Positions 7,655 to 16,865 of a DNA stretch of 64,000 bases are shown piece after piece. Within the stretch, counting starts at the first letter, position 1. Every line of letters begins with the position of its first letter. Source of the stretch: Myxococcota bacterium. GTDB lineage: Bacteria > Myxococcota_A > UBA9160 > UBA4427. The notes beneath the pieces are model-generated. The model had not been told where the DNA came from and did no database searches. It saw only the letters and a list, made by a program, of their open reading frames with translations. A program made the position numbers and the translations under genes. The stretch lies in assembly GCA_036336835.1 (NCBI GenBank), contig JAYZFK010000034.1:1-64000 (forward strand), given 5' to 3'.

Positions 7655-9805
7655 ATGACCGCGCCGAAACTCAAGCGGCTGTTCGCAGGCCTAGGCGCGA
7701 TCCTGCTCGGCGCGGCCGTCTGGATCTTTGCGCCCGAGCACGGCAGCTTCGACACTGCGCCGCTGATCGCCGCCGCCGAGCGCTACGACGTCCGCATCCT
7801 GCGTGACGACTACGGGGTGCCGCACATCTACGGCGCGCGCGACGCCGACGTCGCCTACGGACTCGCCTACGCGCACAGCGAGGACGACTTCCCAACGATC
7901 CAGAAGGTCGTGCTGGCCGCCCGGGGAGCGCTCGCGAGCGTCGAGGGCCGCAGCGCCGCGCCGCTCGACTATCTCGTCGCCTGGTTCGGCGTCTCCGACT
8001 GGGTCGCCGAGGGCTACGAGCGCCGCCTGTCGCCCGAGACGCGAGCGCTCGTGGAGGCCTACGCGGACGGCGTGAACCACTACGCCGCCCTGCATCCCGA
8101 GGAGACCTATCGCGGCGTCTTCCCCACCACCGGCCGCGACGTCGTCGCGGGCTTCGCGGCGCGCATGCCCCTGTTCTACGGCCTGCAGCGAACGCTCGAG
8201 GAGCTCTTCGGCGACGAGCGCGTGCGCGCGCTCGCGACCCGTCAGCTCGCCCGCGCCTTCGACGCCTTCACGGGCGGTGGCGAGCTCGGCAGCAACGCCG
8301 TTGCCGTCGGCCCGCAGCGATCCGCCGACGGCGCGACGCGCCTGCTGATCAACTCGCACCAGCCCTTCGCCGGGCCCGTCTCCTGGTACGAGGTGCGGCT
8401 GCGCAGCGGCGAGGGCTGGGACATGCAGGGGGGCGTCTTCCCGGGCTCGCCGGTCGTGCTGCACGGCCACAACCGCGACCTGGGCTGGGCGAGCACGGTC
8501 AACCTGCCCGACCTGGTCGACGTGTACGTGCTCGAGACCGACGAACGCGGCGAGCGCTACCGCTTCGGCGACGGCTACCGCGAGTTCGAGCGCGGCGAGG
8601 CGCGGCTCGACGTCCGACTGCTCGGCCGCCTTCGCTGGAAGACTCGTCGTGAGTGGCTACGCAGCGTGCACGGACCGGCCATTCGCACCGACCACGGCAG
8701 CTATGCCCTGCGCTTTGCAGGCATGGGCGAGATTCGCCAGCTCGAGCAGTTCTACCGGATGAATCTCGCCCGCACGCTGAGCGAGTGGCGCGAGGCAATG
8801 CGTCTGAATGCGATTCCGAGCCTCAACTACGTCTACGCAGACCGCACGGGCCACATCGCCTACTTCTACAACGCGCTCTCGCCGGTGCGCGAGCCGGGCT
8901 GGGACTGGACCGCCTACCTGCCGGGCGACCGCCCCGAGCTCGTCTGGAACGAGAGCCGCGGCTTCGACGAAGCCCCCCACGTGATCGACCCCCCATCGGG
9001 CTTCGTGGTGAGCGCCAACCACACCCCGTTCCGCGTGACGGCGCCGGGCGAGGGACCCAGAGAGGAGGACTTTCCGCGCGAGGCCGGATTCGAGACCGGC
9101 ATGACCAACCGCGCGCTGCGCCTGCTCGAGCTCTACGGCGGCGACCCGTCGATCACGCGCGAGGAGTTCCACGCCTACAAGTACGACAAGCGCTACTCGG
9201 ACGACGCCGATGTTCACGACGTGCTCGCAACGGTCCTGGCGGCCGACTTTGGGGACGATCCGCTACTGGCGCAGGGCCAAGCGCTGATCGAGTCGTGGAC
9301 TCACTCGGTGGCGCTCGACGACCGCTCTGCAGCGATCGCCGTGCTGACGGCGCTGCCGGTGGTGGTCGCGACGCGGCGGGGTGCCGCGATCGTCCCCGAC
9401 CCGCTGCAGTCGTTCCGCGACGCAGTCGCCGTCCTGCTCGAGCACCACGGCCGCCTCGACCCCAGCTGGGGCGAGGTGAACCGCTTCCGACGAGGCTCGC
9501 TCGACCTGCCCGCCAATGGCGGGCCGGACGTCCTGCGAGCGCTCGAGGATTTCGAGATCGGCGAGGACGGACACCTGGTCGCACACACCGGCGATTCGCT
9601 CGTCATGTTCGTCGAATGGGACCGCAAGGGCGCGGTCCGCAGCGAGTCGATCCACCAGTACGGCAGCGCGACGCTCGACGAGCGATCCCCCCACTACGCC
9701 GATCAGGTCGAGCTCTTCCTCGCGCAGCGGCTGAAGCCCGTGCACCTCGACGAGCGCGACCTGCGCGCGCATCTCTCGCGCGAGTATCGACCCGGCGAGG
9801 AGTGA
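7655..9805 (+). CDS. penicillin acylase family Ntn-hydrolase (glutaryl-7-ACA / AHL acylase-like), exported
   Basis: N-terminal hydrophobic anchor, RDDYGVPHIYG, AHSEDDF, beta-subunit start GSNAVAVG...INSHQP, GWASTVN. Confidence 0.92.
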   Translation: MTAPKLKRLFAGLGAILLGAAVWIFAPEHGSFDTAPLIAAAERYDVRILRDDYGVPHIYGARDADVAYGLAYAHSEDDFPTIQKVVLAARGALASVEGRSAAPLDYLVAWFGVSDWVAEGYERRLSPETRALVEAYADGVNHYAALHPEETYRGVFPTTGRDVVAGFAARMPLFYGLQRTLEELFGDERVRALATRQLARAFDAFTGGGELGSNAVAVGPQRSADGATRLLINSHQPFAGPVSWYEVRLRSGEGWDMQGGVFPGSPVVLHGHNRDLGWASTVNLPDLVDVYVLETDERGERYRFGDGYREFERGEARLDVRLLGRLRWKTRREWLRSVHGPAIRTDHGSYALRFAGMGEIRQLEQFYRMNLARTLSEWREAMRLNAIPSLNYVYADRTGHIAYFYNALSPVREPGWDWTAYLPGDRPELVWNESRGFDEAPHVIDPPSGFVVSANHTPFRVTAPGEGPREEDFPREAGFETGMTNRALRLLELYGGDPSITREEFHAYKYDKRYSDDADVHDVLATVLAADFGDDPLLAQGQALIESWTHSVALDDRSAAIAVLTALPVVVATRRGAAIVPDPLQSFRDAVAVLLEHHGRLDPSWGEVNRFRRGSLDLPANGGPDVLRALEDFEIGEDGHLVAHTGDSLVMFVEWDRKGAVRSESIHQYGSATLDERSPHYADQVELFLAQRLKPVHLDERDLRAHLSREYRPGEE

Positions 9806-9835
9806 GCCCCCGGCCAGCAGCGGCACCGAGGACTC

Positions 9836-10816
9836 CTAGCCGAGCAGGCGCGCGACCTCGTCGCGCTCGAACTCGGGCAGACCGGTTCCGCGGCCGGGAG
9901 TCGCCCGCGCGATCGGGCTGGCCTCGAGCGCACGGGTGGCGAAGCCGGCCAGCGCCGCGTCGACGCGCTCTGCTGCGAACCCGACCAGCAGACAGCCCGA
10001 TGCGAGCGCACCCCACGGATCGACGCTCAGCGCGCCGCAGACGGCGAGCCCGGGCTCGAACCACAACACCGCCTCGCCATCGACCTCGAGCCCTACCGCA
10101 GATGCCGCCGCCAGTTCCGCCAGGCCGGTCGCAATGCCGCCCTCCGTGGGGTCGTGGGCCGCACACGCGCCGAGCTCGGCGGCGGCGAGACCGGCGTCCA
10201 CCACCGAGATGCCCGGCGACTGGACCGCCTGGCGAGCGAGTGCGACGACGGCGGGATCGAGCGCTGCAAGCTCGTCGGCGCGCTCTTGCGCGAGCACCGC
10301 AGCAGCCTCGATCGGAGCTCGCCCGACCTGCACGACGACGTCGCCCACCGAGAGCCCGGCACTCGAGAGCACCCGACCGTGCTCGGCGTACCCGAGCATC
10401 TGCCCTACGACCAGCGGCTGTGAGACCGCGCGCGTGACCTCCGTGTGACCGCCGACGAGAGCGACCCCAACCTCCGACAGCGCCGCGCGCAGACTCTCGA
10501 ACAGCGCGCGCACGGCCCCCTCGGTCGTCCCCGCCGGCAACAACACGGCGGCCAGGAACCAGCGCGGTCGCACGCCCATTGCTGCCACGTCGTTCGCATT
10601 GACTGCAACGGCATAGCGAGCGACATCGCTCCCGGCGAGCGTGATCGGATCGGTCGTCGCGACGAGCGTCCCCGCCTCGACCTCGATCGCACACGCGTCT
10701 TCGCCGACGCCCGGGCCGATGCGCACCTCCGGCGGCAGCGGCGGTGAGGCATCGAGCAGCTCGCTCAACAGCGACGAGGGCAGCTTGCCCGGCGCGAGGC
10801 GTCGGTCGCTCGCCAT
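9836..10816 (-). CDS. AIR synthase-related (PurM/HypE-like) protein
   Basis: GPGVGEDAC, TTDPIT, VNANDVAAMG, VGGHTE and HDPTEGG motifs. Confidence 0.85.
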   Translation of the reverse strand: MASDRRLAPGKLPSSLLSELLDASPPLPPEVRIGPGVGEDACAIEVEAGTLVATTDPITLAGSDVARYAVAVNANDVAAMGVRPRWFLAAVLLPAGTTEGAVRALFESLRAALSEVGVALVGGHTEVTRAVSQPLVVGQMLGYAEHGRVLSSAGLSVGDVVVQVGRAPIEAAAVLAQERADELAALDPAVVALARQAVQSPGISVVDAGLAAAELGACAAHDPTEGGIATGLAELAAASAVGLEVDGEAVLWFEPGLAVCGALSVDPWGALASGCLLVGFAAERVDAALAGFATRALEASPIARATPGRGTGLPEFERDEVARLLG

Positions 10817-11011
10817 CAGCGGTCGAGCTCGCCGCGCGCGCGACCGCGTCGTAACGCGACGCCGTGGACGGCACCTGCGTTCTGCACCCCGAGGATTTGC
10901 CTGGACACGGCGAGGAGCCTAGCCCGCACCCGGGTCATGTCGCGCAGCACGCATGCGCCGCCCGGCGGCCGCGCCTATGCTCCCTGCCTTCGTGAACCGG
11001 AGCGTGTGCGG

Positions 11012-12262
11012 ATGAAGCTGGGCGAGATCATTGGAGCCGACCGCGGGGATGGCTCGAAGCCGCTCGACGGCCTGCGCATTCTGGCAATCGAGCAGATGCA
11101 GGCGCTGCCGTTCGCGACGCAGCTGCTGACCCACCTCGGCGCCGAGGTCGTGAAGATAGAGCATCCGGTCCACGGCGACTCGGGACGCGGCTCGCTGCCC
11201 GCGGTCCACGACACGGACGGTCGTCAGGCCGGCGCAACCTTCCTGCGCAACAGCCTGTCGAAGCGAAGCGTGGCGATCGATCTCAAACACCCCGAAGGGG
11301 TCGCGCTGAACAAGCGGCTCGCGCCAAAATTCGACGTCGTAGCCGAGAACTTCAAGCCGGGCACCATGAAGCGACTCGGCCTCGGCTACGAAGACCTCGC
11401 CGCCGAGGACTCGCGACTGATCTATCTGTCCGTGTCCGGCTTCGGCAACCTCTCCGAGTCCCCCTACGCTCCTTGGCCCGCCTACGCACCGATCGCCGAG
11501 GCGATGGCGGGGTTCTACGAAATGCGCCGAGCCCCCGACGAGTATCCCCGGCTCGGGCCGGCCGGTGCGCTCGGCGACATCGGCTCGTCGCTGTTCGCGG
11601 CCATCGGGCTGCTCGCGGCCTTGCGCCATCGCGAGCGAACGGGTTCGGGGCAATACGTCGACATCGCGATGTTCGACGCCATGGTGGCGATGGCCGACGT
11701 GGTGCCGTTCTTCCACTCGATGGGCGTCTTCCAGCGCAAGAATCGCGCCTCCGGCATCGTCAACGCCTTCCGCGCCGACGATGGCTTCTTCATCATCCAG
11801 GCCGTGCGCGATCATCAGCTCGGGCTCGTGGCCAAGGCGGTCGGCCATCCCGAGTGGCTCGAGGACGAACGCTTCGCCGAGCGCTCCGGGTACCCAGAGC
11901 ACATGGAAGACGTGGTGAAGCCGGCGATCGAAGAGTGGGCATCCGGCAAGACCATGCTCGAGGCCTGCACCGAGCTGACCAGCCAGGGCGTCGCTGCCGG
12001 CCCGTGCTTCTCGGCCGAACACGTCATCAATGACCCGCACGTGCGCGACCACAACATGATCATCGAGGTCCCGCGCCCCGACGCGGACGAGCCGCTGCTG
12101 GTGGTCGGCAACCCGATCAAGCTATCGAAGGTGGCCGAAGGCCCGGTCCGGCGCTGGCCGACGCTGGGCGAGCACACCGACGAGGTCCTGGGCGAGGACC
12201 TCGGGCTCGACGCTGCTGAGCTCGCGCGACTGCGCGAGGCCGGTGCCATCGGCGGCGACTGA
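11012..12262 (+). CDS. CoA-transferase family III (CaiB/BaiF)
   Basis: PLDGLRIL...ALPFATQLLTHLGAEVVKIE, ENFKPG, SVSGFG, GQYVDIAMFD, PTLGEHTDEVL. Confidence 0.92.
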   Translation: MKLGEIIGADRGDGSKPLDGLRILAIEQMQALPFATQLLTHLGAEVVKIEHPVHGDSGRGSLPAVHDTDGRQAGATFLRNSLSKRSVAIDLKHPEGVALNKRLAPKFDVVAENFKPGTMKRLGLGYEDLAAEDSRLIYLSVSGFGNLSESPYAPWPAYAPIAEAMAGFYEMRRAPDEYPRLGPAGALGDIGSSLFAAIGLLAALRHRERTGSGQYVDIAMFDAMVAMADVVPFFHSMGVFQRKNRASGIVNAFRADDGFFIIQAVRDHQLGLVAKAVGHPEWLEDERFAERSGYPEHMEDVVKPAIEEWASGKTMLEACTELTSQGVAAGPCFSAEHVINDPHVRDHNMIIEVPRPDADEPLLVVGNPIKLSKVAEGPVRRWPTLGEHTDEVLGEDLGLDAAELARLREAGAIGGD

Positions 12263-12278
12263 CCGGGGGCGCAGCCTG

Positions 12279-12569
12279 CTAGGCGGCGGATCGCATACCG
12301 ACGAGTGCTCCGACCCAGAGCTTCTTGCCACGTTCGCTCCAGGAGACGCCTGGACTCAGGACGGCGAGGGTCAGCAGAAAGAAACCGAGCGCAGCGTCGA
12401 AGGTCGCGGTCTCGATGAGATTGCCTTCGGGTGGGATCTGAATTCCCAGGGGCATCGCCAGTACGCAGACACCGGCGAGACCCATGCCCAGCAGGCCGAG
12501 CCTCGTCAGCGCTGGAGACAAGCGGAGTTGTCGCTGCACGGCGTCTGTGATGAAGTCCAGCCGAGTCAC
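12279..12569 (-). CDS. short membrane hypothetical protein, possibly C-terminally truncated
   Basis: GTG 12569 overlaps the stop of the ABA4-like gene; 96 aa with 2-3 hydrophobic segments, ending abruptly. Confidence 0.45.
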   Translation of the reverse strand: MTRLDFITDAVQRQLRLSPALTRLGLLGMGLAGVCVLAMPLGIQIPPEGNLIETATFDAALGFFLLTLAVLSPGVSWSERGKKLWVGALVGMRSAA

Positions 12570-13003
12570 GCCTCGGCCAGTCCGGTGTGTCGCCGCAAGG
12601 CGAAGCGGATGGCCAGATACAGCAGCAACCCCAGGGGTCCGAGCATCAGCGTGGATAACAGGCACGGCAGCAGCCAACCGTGGGGAATGCTGCGGCGCTG
12701 GGCATCGCGGACTTCCCAGGCGCCTACGAACAGATCGAAACACAGGTAGTGAATCCAGCCGGCGAGGGCCGCGTGGGGATTGGTGAACAGGGTCATGACG
12801 GCCGCCAGGCTGCCGAAGCCGGCACCCTCCGGTGACGGCCCTCCGGAGAACAGGGCCCATCCGTAGACGAGACCAAGCAATCCGGGAATCCAGACGGCGT
12901 GCACGATGCGCTGCGTCCAACTCCAGCGTGGCGCAACGGCGAGCAGCAACCAGGCGGGAATCACGCCGTTGTTGCAGAACTGGAAGACGACATCCGGTGT
13001 CAT
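12566..13003 (-). CDS. ABA4-like (DUF4281) membrane protein
   Basis: PAWLLLAVAPRWSWT, LAGWIHYLCFDLFVG and LMLGPLGLLLY signature. Confidence 0.88.
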   Translation of the reverse strand: MTPDVVFQFCNNGVIPAWLLLAVAPRWSWTQRIVHAVWIPGLLGLVYGWALFSGGPSPEGAGFGSLAAVMTLFTNPHAALAGWIHYLCFDLFVGAWEVRDAQRRSIPHGWLLPCLLSTLMLGPLGLLLYLAIRFALRRHTGLAEA

Positions 13004-13154
13004 GGTGGACCCCCCTCTCGAGGGCAGACCGTATCACCGGGCGCGATCGGGGACAGCCGACCCACCGAGCAGAGGAGGTCGCGTTTCCGGAGTCACCTCC
13101 CTGCCCGACCATGAGACACTGCTGTCTCACCCGGCCGAGAACGAAGGAGAACCA

Positions 13155-13910
13155 ATGCAGCTCGAAGGCAAGGTCGCGATCGTGACGGGCGCCGGCCAGG
13201 GAGTCGGCCAGGGCATCGCCTACGCACTGGCGGGGGCCGGCTGCGCCGTCGCCGTCTCGGGCCGCACGCTCTCGAAGTGCGAAGCGACCGCCAAGGAGAT
13301 CGAAGCCCGCGGTGGCCGTGCAATCGCGATCGAGGCCGACGTGCTGTCGGCCGACGACATCGCGAACAACCTGGAGGTGACGCTCGCGGAGTTCGGTCGC
13401 CTCGACATCCTCGTCAACAACGCGCAGATCGTCCCGCTGGGAGCACTCCACGACGTCAGCGAGGAGAGCTTCGAGGCCGGATGGCAGTCCGGTCCGCTCG
13501 CGACCTTCCGCTTCATGAAGGCAGCCCATCCCCACCTCACGAGCACGCGGGGCTCGATCGTGAACCTGGCCTCGGCCGCCGCGCTGCGCTGGGACGCGGC
13601 CGGCTATGGCTGTTATGGCGCGGTCAAGGAGGCGATCCGCCAGCTTACCCGGCAGGCCGCCTGCGAGTGGGGGTCGGACGGCATCCGGGCCAACTGCATC
13701 CTCCCGCTCGCGATGTCACCCGGGATGGAGGGCTGGATCGAGGATCGCCCGGAAGAGGCCCAGGCCTTCCTGGCAACCGTGCCACTCGGCCGAGTCGGCG
13801 ACTGCGAGAGCGACATCGGAAGCGTGGTCGCCTTCCTGGCGAGCGACCAGGCCGCCTATATCACCGGCCAGTCGCTGCTGCTCGACGGAGGCCAGGCCAA
13901 GCCAGCGTGA
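13155..13910 (+). CDS. SDR family oxidoreductase (3-oxoacyl-ACP reductase / hydroxysteroid dehydrogenase-like)
   Basis: TGAGQGVG, NNA, YGAVK, YITGQ; AAGGAG RBS before ATG 13155. Confidence 0.9.
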   Translation: MQLEGKVAIVTGAGQGVGQGIAYALAGAGCAVAVSGRTLSKCEATAKEIEARGGRAIAIEADVLSADDIANNLEVTLAEFGRLDILVNNAQIVPLGALHDVSEESFEAGWQSGPLATFRFMKAAHPHLTSTRGSIVNLASAAALRWDAAGYGCYGAVKEAIRQLTRQAACEWGSDGIRANCILPLAMSPGMEGWIEDRPEEAQAFLATVPLGRVGDCESDIGSVVAFLASDQAAYITGQSLLLDGGQAKPA

Positions 13911-13919
13911 GCGAGCGCC

Positions 13920-15425
13920 TCAGGGAACCGGCGGGGAGCCGTTGCTTGCCGCTGCGCTCGTGCGCCGCGCCTTTCCGCTCTCGCTCGACTGCCCTGCGGA
14001 CGGCCGCGCGAACTCGCTCTGAAGCTCGACGCCGGCGGCCTGGGCCACGCGTGCCAGGCTCTCGGACACCAGCCTCGTGAAGTCGCCGACATCCGGCACG
14101 ATGTCCGGGTCGGCGTTGAAGCCCCAGCAGACGCGCCCGTTGTAGCTCATCAGCGCAATCCCGACCCCGAGTCCGCCGAGCAGCGGAACCTGGGGATAGA
14201 TCGCCTCGAGCTTGGCACCCTGGAGATAGAGCGGAAACTGCGGACCCGGCACGTTGGTCACGATCGAGTTGATCGGCCCGCTGATCGCCTGGGCCCCGAG
14301 CGAGAGCAGAATCGACGGCGTCCACTCGGCGACCTGCATCATCATCTCGACTCCGAGTGCCTGACGCGAGTCCTTGAGCTCCTGCGTAGTCTGGTGGATC
14401 GAGCGCAGCTGCTCCCTGGGATCGTCTTCGCCAATCGGGAGGAACAAGATCCACGACGACACGCGATTGCCGAGCGCTCCTCGCTCGGACTCTTTGCGCA
14501 TGCTGACGGGCGTCGACACGCGAAAGTCGATCTGCTTCGGATTCACGCCGCGCTGCAGCAGGTAGCTACGCACTGCGCCCGTCACGATCGTCAGCACCAC
14601 GTCGTTGATCGTGCAGTCGAGGCTCCGGCGCAGCGCCTTCATGTCGGCCAGATCGACGGTCAACCAGTCGAAGCTCCGATGCGGGCCGTTGCTCCCGTTC
14701 AGTGGGGTCTCGTCGGCGTTCGGCGCCATCCCGAACAGGTTCGCAAGCACGCCGAGACGAGACGAGAGCTCACCGCGGAAATCGTCTGCCTGTGACATGA
14801 ACTCGCGAAAGTCACCCACCAGCTGGGCGGGTAGCGCCGCTCGCCGCCACAGCTCGTCGCGCAACAGCTCCGTATTCGACGGCGCGCGACGCGGGAGGTA
14901 GCGCGGGATGTCCCCAATCTCGCGGTTGGGCGTCGTCGTCATCATGATCTGTGCGACATCGACTCCCGAGGAGCCGTCGATCATGCAATGGTGGATCTTC
15001 GTGATGACCGCGAAGCGGTCGCCCTCGAGGCCTTCGACGACCCAAGTCTCCCACAGGGGCCGCGAACGATCGAGCGGCATCGCCATGATCCGCGACGCCA
15101 GCTTCTTGAGCTGGCCGTCGTTACCGGGGCGCGGCAGCGCCGAGTGGCGGACGTGATAGTCGAGGCTGAAGTGGCGATCGTCGACCCAGACGGCACCGCC
15201 TTCCAAAGGGATCATGTGCAGCTTCTGGCGATAGCGCGGGATGCGATGGAGATAGGCCTCGGTGGCCCGCTTGATCCGGTCGAAGTCGATGCCGCCGTCG
15301 CTCGTCCGAAGCGGCCCGGCCTCGTAGATCAGCGTCGACGCGACGTGCATGTGCGTCTTCGGAGACTCCACCATCAAGAAGCTGTTGTCCTGGGCAGAGA
15401 GTCGCTCGTAGCTATAGCGGGCCAT
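13920..15425 (-). CDS. wax ester synthase / diacylglycerol acyltransferase (WS/DGAT)
   Basis: RLSAQD, PLDRSRPLWE, catalytic HHCMIDG, TINDVVL, TNVPGP; GGAGG RBS. Confidence 0.93.
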   Translation of the reverse strand: MARYSYERLSAQDNSFLMVESPKTHMHVASTLIYEAGPLRTSDGGIDFDRIKRATEAYLHRIPRYRQKLHMIPLEGGAVWVDDRHFSLDYHVRHSALPRPGNDGQLKKLASRIMAMPLDRSRPLWETWVVEGLEGDRFAVITKIHHCMIDGSSGVDVAQIMMTTTPNREIGDIPRYLPRRAPSNTELLRDELWRRAALPAQLVGDFREFMSQADDFRGELSSRLGVLANLFGMAPNADETPLNGSNGPHRSFDWLTVDLADMKALRRSLDCTINDVVLTIVTGAVRSYLLQRGVNPKQIDFRVSTPVSMRKESERGALGNRVSSWILFLPIGEDDPREQLRSIHQTTQELKDSRQALGVEMMMQVAEWTPSILLSLGAQAISGPINSIVTNVPGPQFPLYLQGAKLEAIYPQVPLLGGLGVGIALMSYNGRVCWGFNADPDIVPDVGDFTRLVSESLARVAQAAGVELQSEFARPSAGQSSESGKARRTSAAASNGSPPVP

Positions 15426-15515
15426 GGGATCGCCTCCGTTGCGTGAACGTACACCGCTCCGGATGCCGCTACGAGCCACTTGACGTGGCCACCCGCGGAG
15501 CGTTCCAATTCGTCC

Positions 15516-16820
15516 GTGACTCGCTTGCCCGTCGACCCAATGCCGCCCGTCGCCCCGGGCGCGATTCCCTGGGTGCGCTCGGGCATCGGCCTGCTGCGCA
15601 ACCCGACCCGCTTTTTCGCCTCGAGCCGGTCCGCGCTCGGCGACACCTTCTTCGTCGAAGCGTTCGGCTATCGGATGTTCTGCGTCTTCTCGCCGCAGGG
15701 CGTGAAGGCGCTCTACGACCTACCCGAGGACCAGGCGAGCTTCGGCCTCGCAACCTATCGCCTGGTGTTCGAGAACAAGCTCCCGCTCGAGCTGGTCAGC
15801 GGGCGACGCAACCGCCCCCACGACCTTTTCGGCAGCGACGACGTGGAGCGCTATCTCGACGTCCTCGAAGCCGCCGTCGCCGTCGAACTGCAACAGCTGG
15901 GCGACGCGGGATGTTTCGAGATCTTCGCGGAGTGTCACCGCCTCGGGCACCGGATCGGCCTGGCCGCCTGGGCCGGCGAGGAAGCCGCAGCGCCCCAGTC
16001 ACTGGCAAGGCTGATGCCCCTGTTCGATCGACTCGACAGCGCGGCGTCGTTCGTGCGGCCGATCGAGCTGTTCCGCACGCGGCTGACGAACAAGGCCGCC
16101 GAGCGGCGAGCCCTGGCGGGCATCGAGCAGCAAATCGGAGAGATCCTGCGCGCGCGCTCCAACGGCGGCGAGGCACCCGATGACTTCCTGACGCAGATCG
16201 AGCAGTCGTTCGCGGACGTTCCGCGCGAGCGACGCTCGGTCGAGGTGGCGCGCGACGTCATCCTGATCCACCTCGGCGCACAGTCGAACCTGCCCGCCGC
16301 CCTTGGCTGGACGCTGGTGAACCTGCTGCTCCGGCCCGGGCTCCTCGAGCGCGTTCGCGACGGCGACGACGCCCTGCTCGAGCGCTGCGCCAACGAGTCG
16401 ATTCGGCTGGCACAGCGCTCGCTCACCCTGCGCGAGGTGGTTCGCCCGATCGAGATCGAAGACGAGAAGCAGCGCTATCGACTGGCACCGGGCGTCCTCG
16501 TCGCGACGATGCTCTCCGTGACCAACAACTCCTCGGGCCCCGACCTCGACCAGTTCGACCCCGACCACTACGCCGGCCGGCGGCTCGCGCCCCACATCGC
16601 GGTCGAGGGACGCGAGCGGGTCAGCACGTTTGGCCACGGACGACACTCGTGCCCCGCCCAGCGCTTCTCGATCAGCGCGATCCGCATCGCCCTCCGCCAG
16701 CTGCTCGATCGCTTCGATCTCGCACCCCGATTCGAGTCCGCGGCGCCGCGACGCCGTCAGCTCGGGGCGGTGGCACGGGCCGAACGACCGTGCCTGGTGG
16801 ACTACTCGCGGCGCACCTGA
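15516..16820 (+). CDS. cytochrome P450 with an atypical I-helix (CYP7/8/39-like motifs)
   Basis: Pro-rich PPVAPGAIPW, ExxR (ESIR), FDPDHY, heme motif FGHGRHSCPAQ. Start uncertain (15516 or 15540). Confidence 0.9.
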   Translation: MTRLPVDPMPPVAPGAIPWVRSGIGLLRNPTRFFASSRSALGDTFFVEAFGYRMFCVFSPQGVKALYDLPEDQASFGLATYRLVFENKLPLELVSGRRNRPHDLFGSDDVERYLDVLEAAVAVELQQLGDAGCFEIFAECHRLGHRIGLAAWAGEEAAAPQSLARLMPLFDRLDSAASFVRPIELFRTRLTNKAAERRALAGIEQQIGEILRARSNGGEAPDDFLTQIEQSFADVPRERRSVEVARDVILIHLGAQSNLPAALGWTLVNLLLRPGLLERVRDGDDALLERCANESIRLAQRSLTLREVVRPIEIEDEKQRYRLAPGVLVATMLSVTNNSSGPDLDQFDPDHYAGRRLAPHIAVEGRERVSTFGHGRHSCPAQRFSISAIRIALRQLLDRFDLAPRFESAAPRRRQLGAVARAERPCLVDYSRRT

Positions 16821-16865
16821 TCACCCTCCCCTCTGATCGCCCTCCCTGTAGATTGGAGACAATCC

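Noticed and set aside
9836..10816. Calling hypE or selD
   Set aside because: Lacks the HypE C-terminal PRIC motif and the SelD N-terminal Cys/Sec-x-x-Lys motif; no supporting gene context.
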